Below, one piece after another: positions 9,301 through 15,421 of a DNA stretch of 32,000 nucleotides; position 1 is the first letter of the stretch, and every line of letters starts with the position of its first letter. The stretch lies in the NCBI RefSeq assembly GCF_016127575.1, contig NZ_CP066018.1:150001-182000 (forward strand). The letters are read 5' to 3'. The position numbers and the translations under genes are program-made. The stretch is from Cupriavidus necator. Lineage in GTDB: Bacteria > Pseudomonadota > Gammaproteobacteria > Burkholderiales > Burkholderiaceae. A model generated the notes under the pieces. That model ran no database searches, had not been told where the DNA came from, and saw nothing but the letters and a program-made list of their open reading frames with translations.

Positions 9301-9840
9301 CTGCTCGCGTTCCAGGACCCGCATGCCGCGTCCGCCGCCGCCCCAGCTTGCCTTGAGCATCAGCGGATAGCCGATGCCGGCGGCGAGGCGCTTGCACGTG
9401 TCCAGGTCATGCGGCAGCGGATCGGTTGCCGGCATCACCGGCACGCCCGCGTCGATCGCCGCGTTGCGCGCCGCCACCTTGTTGCCAAGCTTGCGCATGA
9501 CCTCGGGCGACGGGCCGATCCAGCGGATACCCGCGTCGATCACGGCCTGCGCGAAGTCCGGGTTCTCTGAAAGGAAGCCATAGCCCGGATGAATGGCGTC
9601 GACCTTCGCCTGCCTGGCAATGCGCAGGATATCGTCGATGTCGAGGTAAGCCGCCAGTGGCTTCTTGCCCTCGCCGACCAGGTAGCTCTCATCGGCCTTG
9701 AAGCGATGGAGCGCGAGCCGGTCTTCCTTCGAATAGATTGCCACCGTGCGCACGTTCATCTCGGCGGCCGCGCGCATCACGCGGATCGCGATCTCGGAAC
9801 GGTTGGCAATCAGCAGGGAGCGGATAGGGGCGTAGTCCAT
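6337..9840 (-). CDS. pyc: pyruvate carboxylase (single-chain: biotin carboxylase + carboxyltransferase + BCCP)
   Basis: N-terminal biotin carboxylase/ATP-grasp region (IRSLLIANRSEIAIRVMRAA..., MLKASWGGGGRGMR). HMGL-like carboxyltransferase region (LLTDTTMRDAHQSL). C-terminal biotinyl site LEAMKMET. Start set at MDYAPIRSLL (ATG 9840); the 23-aa upstream extension to 9909 is not typical. Confidence 0.95.
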   Translation of the reverse strand: MDYAPIRSLLIANRSEIAIRVMRAAAEMNVRTVAIYSKEDRLALHRFKADESYLVGEGKKPLAAYLDIDDILRIARQAKVDAIHPGYGFLSENPDFAQAVIDAGIRWIGPSPEVMRKLGNKVAARNAAIDAGVPVMPATDPLPHDLDTCKRLAAGIGYPLMLKASWGGGGRGMRVLEREQDLEGALAAARREALAAFGNDEVYVEKLVRNARHVEVQVLGDTHGNLVHLYERDCTVQRRNQKVVERAPAPYLDDAGRAALCESALRLMRAVGYTHAGTVEFLMDADSGQFYFIEVNPRIQVEHTVTEMVTGIDIVKAQIRVTEGGHLGMTENTRNENGEIVVRAAGVPVQEAISLNGHALQCRITTEDPENGFLPDYGRLTAYRSAAGFGVRLDAGTAYGGAVITPYYDSLLVKVTTWAPTAPESIRRMDRALREFRIRGVASNLQFLENVINHPSFRSGDVTTRFIDLTPELLAFTKRLDRATKLLRYLGEVSVNGHPEMSGRTLPSLPLPAPVLPAFDTGGALPYGTRDRLRELGAEKFSRWMLEQKQVLLTDTTMRDAHQSLFATRMRTADMLPIAPFYARELSQLFSLECWGGATFDVALRFLKEDPWQRLEQLRERVPNVLFQMLLRGSNAVGYTNYADNVVRFFVRQAASAGVDVFRVFDSLNWVRNMRVAIDAVGESGALCEGAICYTGDLFDKSRAKYDLKYYVGIARELKQAGVHVLGIKDMAGICRPQAAAALVRALKEETGLPVHFHTHDTSGISAASALAAIEAGCDAVDGALDAMSGLTSQPNLSSIAAALAGSERDPGLSLERLHEASMYWEGVRRYYAPFESEIRAGTADVYRHEMPGGQYTNLREQARSLGIEHRWTEVSRAYAEVNQMFGDIVKVTPTSKVVGDLALMMVANDLSAADVCDPARETAFPESVVSLFKGELGFPPDGFPAELSRKVLRGEPPVPYRPGDQIPPVDLDAARAAAEAACEQPLDDRQLASYLMYPKQAGEYHAHVRNYSDTSVVPTPAYLYGLQPQEEVAIDIAAGKTLLVSLQGTHPDAEEGVIKVQFELNGQSRTTLVEQRSTTQAAAARHGRPVAEPDNPLHVAAPMPGSIVTVAVQPGQRVAAGTTLLALEAMKMETHIAAERDCEIAAVHVQQGDRVAAKDLLIELKG

Positions 9841-9932
9841 GGGATGCAGGGAAGCGAACCAGCCGCGCGCAACCGCCACGGCAGGATCAGGTGATCGGGG
9901 ATGCAGCACGGGCGCAAGGCTTGCCCGGGCTG

Positions 9933-10133
9933 CTAGTCGTATTGGGCAAATGGGACGTGCGAGTCCATCCAGTCATAGTGCGCCGATGCAGCGGCCCACG
10001 CCCAGTTGGCCCGCTTTGGCGACTGCTGGTCCCGATCGCCATGCTCGCTTCGGTTCTGGCCGGCAAGTGGCTGATCGCCGTCCCCGGCAAGCTCGCGGCT
10101 GTGCGCGCGGGCTCCGATTCTTCCGTAGTACAT
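9933..10133 (-). CDS. hypothetical 66-aa protein (hydrophilic, Trp/His-rich C-terminus)
   Basis: Good SD (GAGGAAGG, 7 nt spacer) before the ATG at 10133. Third-position GC is high but lower than in neighbouring genes. No family recognised, so this could be non-coding. Confidence 0.3.
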   Translation of the reverse strand: MYYGRIGARAHSRELAGDGDQPLAGQNRSEHGDRDQQSPKRANWAWAAASAHYDWMDSHVPFAQYD

Positions 10134-10324
10134 CGTGGTGCCTTCCTCATCAAGACCAGGTTCGCCTGCCCACGACGCAGCGCGATGCAGGGCGACGGCA
10201 GGTTTGCAGGCACGATGAAATACGCGCCCGCCCCGTCCTGCTGCCGCAAGAACCGGGCCACGGCCGGTTCAGGCACCATCCCTTTGATTTGGCAGAAGAT
10301 TTTCTTCCGAGGCCGGCTTAACGA

Positions 10325-10351
10325 ATTTCAGAAATGAAATTTTTCATTTCA
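10325..10351. promoter_or_regulatory. AT-rich palindrome cluster (TTTCA/TGAAA pentamers), candidate operator
   Basis: Perfect 9-bp arms GAAATGAAA (10331-10339) and TTTCATTTC (10342-10350) with a 2-nt spacer. They overlap a second palindrome ATTTC-A-GAAAT (10325-10335). The cluster lies in a conspicuously AT-rich island within a GC-rich genome. Confidence 0.3.
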
Positions 10352-10464
10352 TGGGTGCCGCGGCCAATGCGCGATGCAGCACCTGTGCCTCGCGGCAACC
10401 GGGAGGGCCGGCGTGGGCAACGTGGCCAGGCTGACGACGCCCGCCCGGCCACGAATGCAGGCCT

Positions 10465-11184
10465 TCAGCAGGCCGCGGCCTGGGGCGAAGCCAGTGCGCA
10501 GTATGCGGGGGCGCCGGCCGTGGCAATGCGGGCGCAGTACGCCGGCTCTTCCGCCCTGGCGATACGTGCGCAATACGCGGGCTCTTCCGCCCTGGCCATG
10601 CGCGCGCAGTACGCAGGTTCGTCCGTCCTGGCGATGCGTGCACAGTACGCGGCCTCTTCCGCCTTGGCCATGCGTGCGCAGTACGCGGCCTCTTCCACCT
10701 TGGCCATGCGCGCGCAGTACGCCGGTGCCTCCGTCCTGGCAATGCGTGCGCAGTACGCGGGCTCGTCGGCCGCTGCCCGGGCACAATATGCGGCAGACGT
10801 CAGCGGGCTGCCGAATTCGCGCATGCTCAGCGCATCGCTCGCAGCGGCCATTTGCAGGAGGCGGGCCTCGTCCTCCGGACCGTCGATGCCAACGTAGGGG
10901 TCATGGTGAAGGACATAGCCGAAGATGCGCTCGCAATCGCTCGCATAGCGCCTGGTGTCCAGGATGTGGGCATGCCAGAAGGCATCCACCTGCTCGCTGG
11001 GGACGACGGGCGTGTCCGGATGCTTCGCCGCCAGCTTGAGGAATTGCCGGTAGCCGCTCTCCGCCTGCTCCAGCGATTCCGGCGACCAATGCGCATGCTT
11101 CTGATGCAGCAGCTTGGCCTTCATCCTGGAAAAGTCCAGGGCGTCGATGGCCTGCCACATGATTTCAATAGTACGGTCCTGCAT
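10465..11184 (-). CDS. DUF1399/GRDP-like (glycine-rich-domain-containing-protein-like) His-rich domain fused to nine tandem AYCAR 12-residue repeats
   Basis: SD GGGAG lies 7 nt before the ATG at 11184. The N-terminal ~125 aa carry HQKHAHW and FWHAHILDTRRYASDCERIFGYVLHHDPY, matching the WHxHxL..Y..DC...G..L.HD signature as I recall it for PF07173. The C-terminal ~110 aa are AYCARxAxxEEP units and the protein ends ...AYCALASPQAAAC. Confidence 0.8.
   Translation of the reverse strand: MQDRTIEIMWQAIDALDFSRMKAKLLHQKHAHWSPESLEQAESGYRQFLKLAAKHPDTPVVPSEQVDAFWHAHILDTRRYASDCERIFGYVLHHDPYVGIDGPEDEARLLQMAAASDALSMREFGSPLTSAAYCARAAADEPAYCARIARTEAPAYCARMAKVEEAAYCARMAKAEEAAYCARIARTDEPAYCARMARAEEPAYCARIARAEEPAYCARIATAGAPAYCALASPQAAAC
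10496..10794 (-). repeat. tandem 36-bp coding repeat array (8 units in 36-bp register, one 33-bp step, then a terminal partial unit)
   Basis: Plus-strand units begin with GCGCAGTACGC at 10496, 10532, 10568, 10604, 10640, 10676, 10712 and 10748 (exact 36-bp phase) and at 10781 (33-bp step). Units differ at roughly 3-6 positions each. Confidence 0.95.
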
Positions 11185-11237
11185 GATCTAGCTCCCTGTT
11201 ATTGGACTGCTTAAGCACGCACCGGACTGACGGGCAG

Positions 11238-14200
11238 TCAGGCGCGCATCGGTTGCGGTCCATGCTCGAGAGCGGGACCGTTCTCCATGCGGCTGGCCAG
11301 GAAGGCAGTGATCTTCGCCGGCGGCAGCGGATGGCTGAAGTAGTAGCCCTGCACTTCGTCGCAGCCTTCGCGGCGCAGGAACTCGAGTTGCACCTCGTTC
11401 TCCACGCCTTCGGCGACCACTTCGAGGCCAAGCCGGTGGCCAAGGCCGATCACCGCGCTGGTAATCTGCGTGTCGCTGCGGCTTTCCGGTATGTAGCGGA
11501 CGAAGCTGCCGTCGATCTTGACCGTATCGATCGGGAAGCGGCTCAGGTAGGCGAGCGAGGAGTAGCCAGTGCCGAAGTCGTCGATCGCCAGCCGGACACC
11601 GGTGCGCTTCAGGCGCGAGAGCCAGCTGGACGCCTGTTCGGCATCGCGCATGACCATGCTCTCGGTGAGTTCAAGCTCCAGCAGGTTGCCGGGCAGCCCG
11701 GCTTGCCGCAGGGCATCGATGATGGTCAGCCTGAGCGACTTGTCGGCGAACTGCCGTGCCGAAAGATTGACTGAAACACGCACCGGCGGCAGTCCCTGCG
11801 CGCGCCATGCGGCATTCTGCCGGCACGCTTCGCGCAGGGCCCAGGCACCGATCTCGACAATGGCGCCGCTCTGCTCCGCGAAGGGAATGAAATCTCCGGG
11901 CATGACCAGGCCGAGTTCCGGGTGGCGCCAGCGGATCAGTGCCTCGACCGCCGTGCACGCTCCCGACGCGAGCGCAATGCGCGGCTGGTAGTAGAGGATG
12001 AATTCGTCCTGCTCGAGCGCGCGGTGCAGGTGCGACTCCATGTCGATGCGCCGCTGCAGCGACGCGCTCATGCCCCGGCAGTAGAACTGGTAGCCGTTCT
12101 TGCCGAGCTGCTTGGCACCATACATGGCCAGGTCGGCATGCTTGAGCAGGGTCTGCCAGTCGCTGCCGTCCTCGGGGAAGGAACTGATGCCGATGCTTGC
12201 CGTCATGCGCAGTTCCGACTCGTTGACGACGAAGCCTGGCGCGAGCGCAGCCTGGATCCGGGCAATGGTCCGGTCCAGGATCGTCGAATCGCCCTTGGGG
12301 TCCAGCAGCACGACGAATTCATCGCCGCCGAAGCGGGTGATCAGCTCCACCTCCTCCAGGCTGCCGCGCAACCGGTCGGCCATCTCGCGCAGCACGATGT
12401 CGCCGGCATTGTGGCCGATGGTGTCGTTCACGACCTTGAATTCGTCCAGGTCCACGAAGATGACATGCAGGGCCTGGCCGCTGGCGCGGGCACGGGTCAG
12501 CGCCTGCTCGAACTCGGCCTTGAACATGAGGCGGTTGGGCAGCCCGGTAAGGGCATCGTGATTGGCGATGAAGCGCAGGTTTTCCTCGGCCTGGCGCCGC
12601 AGCAGGAAGTGCCCGGTCTGATTGGCAATGCCGCTCGCCATCGCGAGCGCATGCGTATCGGGGCTGCGCTTGCTGCGGGAATAGAGTTCGACCACGCCGA
12701 GGCTCACGTGGCCCCGGCTCAGCGGGAAGGCGAACACCGTCCGGATACCGCCCGCGTCGAGCCACCTGGCTTGCGGATGCCGGGCCATCGCGCTGCGGCT
12801 TGCATACCATTGCGGCGCCGGCAAGACCGCGGCGCCGGCCGGCCCTGCAGGGCGCTCGGCGAGCCACGGCTGCAGCGTCTTGACGCGGGCCAGGTAGACC
12901 GGCGGCAGCTTCAGCCCCTGGCTGTCATCGCCCGGCCAGAAGGCACCGGCCTCCCAGTCCATGCCTTCGAGCAGCGTGTGGACAATCCCCTCCAACACCT
13001 CGATCTCGCTGGTGGCGGTGGCCAGGTGCAGGGCAATCTGGTGTTCCTGCGTCCTGGCCTGCTCGGCGGACCTGCGCTGGCTGATGTCCTGCGCGGTGCC
13101 CCGCAGCACTGCGCTGTCCGGCGCTCCATGCGCGTGGCCGATCAGGTGCAGCCAGCCCCGGCGTCCGCGCCGCGACCGGTACGGGCACTCGAACTCGAAC
13201 GGCTGGCGATCCTGCAGGGCTGTCCGCATCCTTTCCCGCAGCACGGCGCGATGGCCGGCGTCGATCGCCTGGAACAGCGCTTCCGGAGTCGGCTTGTCGC
13301 CGCGCAAGCCTAGCAGGCGCGCCATTTCCTGGGAAAAGTGCGCGATGTCCTGGTCCAGGTCGATGCGCCAGTCGCCCAGGTGGGCAATCTGCTGCGCCTC
13401 GGCAAGCGCGGCCTGGCTGTCGCGCAGGCTGTGCGTCATCTGGTCGGCCACGGCCACGGCGCGCGCGCGCGAACTCGACAACGCGTAGGCCAGCCACCCC
13501 AGCAGCACGCTGATGATCAGGCCGGAAATCACCACCAGCCCCGGCAGGTAGCGCTGCGGACCACTGATGGCCTTGGCATCGGCAGCAAACGCAATCACCC
13601 AGCGCCGTCCGCCGAAATTCCGCACCACGCTCTTGGCCAGGTCATGCTGGCCCGGGGCCGCCTGGGCGTCCGCCAGTGCGGTCGCGCCATGCGCGGCACT
13701 GGCGTGGACGGTGCTGCCGCCAGCAACCCGGCTGCGTTCCCTGGCCGCCAGGCCGGTCACGCTGTCATAGAGCAGGTTGGCTGCAGAGAGCGGAACCGCC
13801 GCCTGCGCGAAGTCTCCGGCATCATGCACGCGGAACCGGATCCGGCGCAGGTTCTCATTGCTGACCAGGTCCTTCAGCAGGTCGTCCACCCGGATCCCCG
13901 CGCCAACCGAGCCGACATAGGCGCGCCGGCGCGCTTCCACGGAATCCAGGTCGGGCACCTTGCGGTACACCGGCAGGCGCAGCGCGATGCCCACATGCGG
14001 GTTCTTTGCCTCGCTGAAGATCAGGCGCCCGCTGCTGACTGGCTGCCCGGTATCGCGCGCGCGTTCCAGCGCGGCCAGGCGGCGTGGCTCGGCGCCCATG
14101 TCGATGCCGATCGACGCCAGGTTGAGGGCGAGCGGTTCGACATAGGTCAGCACGAAATGCCCCGGCCGCTGGCCGGGAGGGCGGACGTTGAACGTCACGC

Positions 14201-14645
14201 CGGCCTCGCGCAGGATCGGATCGCTGCGCTGCCGGGCGACAAAGGCGTCGATCTCGGCCGCCGGCACGTAGGGCGCGTAGTTCAGCGTCTGGAAACCGGG
14301 ATAGCGCTGCGGCAGGTTCAAGCCGCTGACGAAATCGCGAAACTCGCCGCGCGAGACATGGTCGCTGGCGCCGAACAGCGCCTGCATGGTCACCAGAACA
14401 TCGGTATAGAGGCGGATCCGTGTATCGATCTGCTGGATCACGTCGCCGGTATCGTTCTCAAAACGCAGGCGGACGTCCTTCTCAAGCAGGTCGGTGCAGA
14501 ACGCATAGACGACAGCCGTCGTCATCACGCCAAGCAGCAAGGTGCCCGCGGTGATGGTGCGCGACCCAAGGCGTCCAAGCGGGCGCAGCGCGCGCGCAAG
14601 CGTCTGGCGCAAGATTGTTTCCCCCCGGATGTCGATGGCAACCAT
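11238..14645 (-). CDS. CHASE-PAS-GAF-GGDEF-EAL sensory c-di-GMP turnover protein
   Basis: N-terminal TM segment plus a CHASE-like periplasmic domain (SRGEFRDFVSGLNLPQRYPGFQTLNYAPYV), then a second TM segment and PAS/GAF-like regions. Intact GGDEF (RFGGDEFVVLL; no RxxD I-site 5 aa upstream). Intact EAL signature set (EALIRW, DDFGTGYSSL, KIDGSFV, EGVE, QGYYFSHP). Confidence 0.93.
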   Translation of the reverse strand: MVAIDIRGETILRQTLARALRPLGRLGSRTITAGTLLLGVMTTAVVYAFCTDLLEKDVRLRFENDTGDVIQQIDTRIRLYTDVLVTMQALFGASDHVSRGEFRDFVSGLNLPQRYPGFQTLNYAPYVPAAEIDAFVARQRSDPILREAGVTFNVRPPGQRPGHFVLTYVEPLALNLASIGIDMGAEPRRLAALERARDTGQPVSSGRLIFSEAKNPHVGIALRLPVYRKVPDLDSVEARRRAYVGSVGAGIRVDDLLKDLVSNENLRRIRFRVHDAGDFAQAAVPLSAANLLYDSVTGLAARERSRVAGGSTVHASAAHGATALADAQAAPGQHDLAKSVVRNFGGRRWVIAFAADAKAISGPQRYLPGLVVISGLIISVLLGWLAYALSSSRARAVAVADQMTHSLRDSQAALAEAQQIAHLGDWRIDLDQDIAHFSQEMARLLGLRGDKPTPEALFQAIDAGHRAVLRERMRTALQDRQPFEFECPYRSRRGRRGWLHLIGHAHGAPDSAVLRGTAQDISQRRSAEQARTQEHQIALHLATATSEIEVLEGIVHTLLEGMDWEAGAFWPGDDSQGLKLPPVYLARVKTLQPWLAERPAGPAGAAVLPAPQWYASRSAMARHPQARWLDAGGIRTVFAFPLSRGHVSLGVVELYSRSKRSPDTHALAMASGIANQTGHFLLRRQAEENLRFIANHDALTGLPNRLMFKAEFEQALTRARASGQALHVIFVDLDEFKVVNDTIGHNAGDIVLREMADRLRGSLEEVELITRFGGDEFVVLLDPKGDSTILDRTIARIQAALAPGFVVNESELRMTASIGISSFPEDGSDWQTLLKHADLAMYGAKQLGKNGYQFYCRGMSASLQRRIDMESHLHRALEQDEFILYYQPRIALASGACTAVEALIRWRHPELGLVMPGDFIPFAEQSGAIVEIGAWALREACRQNAAWRAQGLPPVRVSVNLSARQFADKSLRLTIIDALRQAGLPGNLLELELTESMVMRDAEQASSWLSRLKRTGVRLAIDDFGTGYSSLAYLSRFPIDTVKIDGSFVRYIPESRSDTQITSAVIGLGHRLGLEVVAEGVENEVQLEFLRREGCDEVQGYYFSHPLPPAKITAFLASRMENGPALEHGPQPMRA

Positions 14646-14751
14646 GCGGCTGAACGGCCGTCACCAACGACTGATGCTAATAGTGCACTTATTGGCTGGG
14701 GTTCCATGCGAAACCCACGCTCTTATATGTCTTAACAATCTATAACAAGCG

Positions 14752-14776
14752 GCGAAAAACGGGCCCTGATTTTCGC
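14752..14776 (-). other. stem-loop GCGAAAA-N11-TTTTCGC at the distal end of the long minus-strand cluster, possible terminator
   Basis: 7-bp inverted repeat 17 nt beyond the stop at 14793, in lower-GC DNA. The geometry is not that of a canonical intrinsic terminator. Confidence 0.25.
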
Positions 14777-14792
14777 GGCGCAAATCCCCAAC

Positions 14793-14957
14793 TTAAGTGG
14801 GGTGGCAGTTCTGCGAGATATGGAGATGAACATTCAGGTTCAGCCCCAGGGTGGCAAGTGTCGCGCTGCGGTGCGCGTCATGGCTTGCCAGCCGGCGCGG
14901 CAGCGCGTCGGCATGGTCCAGGCAATGGATGATGAAGTACGTGTCGTCCGGGTCCAT
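14793..14957 (-). pseudogene. YciI-like protein N-terminal fragment (54 codons), probable truncated remnant
   Basis: MDPDDTYFIIHCLDHADALPRRLASHDAHRS resembles the N-terminus of YciI-family proteins, which are about 95-100 aa as I recall. The remaining 23 codons (ATLATLGLNLNVHLHISQNCHPT) lose the resemblance and run into lower-GC sequence. SD GGAG lies 8 nt before the ATG at 14957. Confidence 0.35.
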
Positions 14958-14980
14958 CGGTGCTGCTCCGCATGCTGCCG

Positions 14981-15421
14981 TCAAGAGGCTACGGGCACGG
15001 GCGGCGCGCTCGCGGCCGGCATCGGCGTCGAGGCCCAGGCCAGCATCTGCCACGCGCCCTGATGGCGCCTCCACACGCTGAGAAAGCGGTTGTCGAGCGC
15101 GCGCTCCGTCCCGTCGACCACGGCCCTGAGCAGGGCCTTGCCCTGCATCACGGCCATGTCGCCGTAGACCGCCTGCCCCACCTCCGCCAGGCTCGCTTGC
15201 AGGTAGCGCACCCGCCCGCTGCGGATCGAGCCAAGGTACTCCGCCTTGCTCTCGCGCAATGCCGAGGAGTGCGTATAGGAAAGCTCGTCGGCCAGCAGGG
15301 CATCGAGCGCAGCCAGGTCGCCGGACAGCATGGCGCGATAGCGCGCCTGATCGGCTTGCGTGAGTGCGGCAAGGTCCGCGGCTTCGCCCAATGCCATCGT
15401 CGTGGTCTCCAGGTCAGCCAT
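14981..15421 (-). CDS. NTF2-like / SnoaL-like (DUF4440-type) small protein
   Basis: 146 aa with the typical pattern ...RYRAMLSGDLAALDALLADELSYTHSSA...YLGSIRSGRVRY...FLSVWRRHQGAWQMLAWAST. The start overlaps the livF stop by 8 nt (ATGGCTGA), suggesting translational coupling. Confidence 0.75.
   Translation of the reverse strand: MADLETTTMALGEAADLAALTQADQARYRAMLSGDLAALDALLADELSYTHSSALRESKAEYLGSIRSGRVRYLQASLAEVGQAVYGDMAVMQGKALLRAVVDGTERALDNRFLSVWRRHQGAWQMLAWASTPMPAASAPPVPVAS

Noticed and set aside
6394-9570. 482-aa and 526-aa plus-strand ORFs antisense to pyc
   Set aside because: These are shadow ORFs opposite a highly conserved enzyme gene, and the translated sequences are Arg/Ala/Gly/His-biased with no domain signatures.
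9841-9906. 9-bp direct repeat GGGATGCAG (9841-9849 and 9898-9906) upstream of pyc
   Set aside because: This is a short single pair in GC-rich DNA. One copy abuts the pyc ATG and the other sits at the upstream in-frame ATG. It is probably chance, and there is no dyad symmetry or further copies.
10290-10304. Sigma-54 promoter-like TGGCAG-N5-TTTC
   Set aside because: The essential GC of the -12 element is missing (TTTC rather than TTGC), and no plausible plus-strand gene lies downstream.
10331-10350. Fur or Zur box
   Set aside because: The outer GAAATG...CATTTC resembles the Zur-box ends, but the spacing is wrong (20 bp total versus the ~23 bp I recall). The centre does not match the GATAAT-type Fur hexamers. 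I keep it as an unassigned operator.
10496-10794. Possible CRISPR array (regular ~36-bp periodicity)
   Set aside because: The units are directly contiguous with no unique spacers, are mutually diverged, lie in frame inside a CDS, and no cas genes or leader are present.
10334-10897. 187-aa plus-strand ORF reading the repeat array as AQYAGSSALAMR units
   Set aside because: A tandem repeat keeps several frames open by construction. This frame starts inside the AT palindrome without an SD, has no structured domain and ends in junk. The minus-strand frame has a strong SD and a recognisable conserved N-terminal domain. It is still worth excluding experimentally.
11922-14735. 463-aa and 465-aa plus-strand ORFs antisense to the GGDEF-EAL gene
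   Set aside because: Same shadow-ORF reasoning: there are no start context or motifs.
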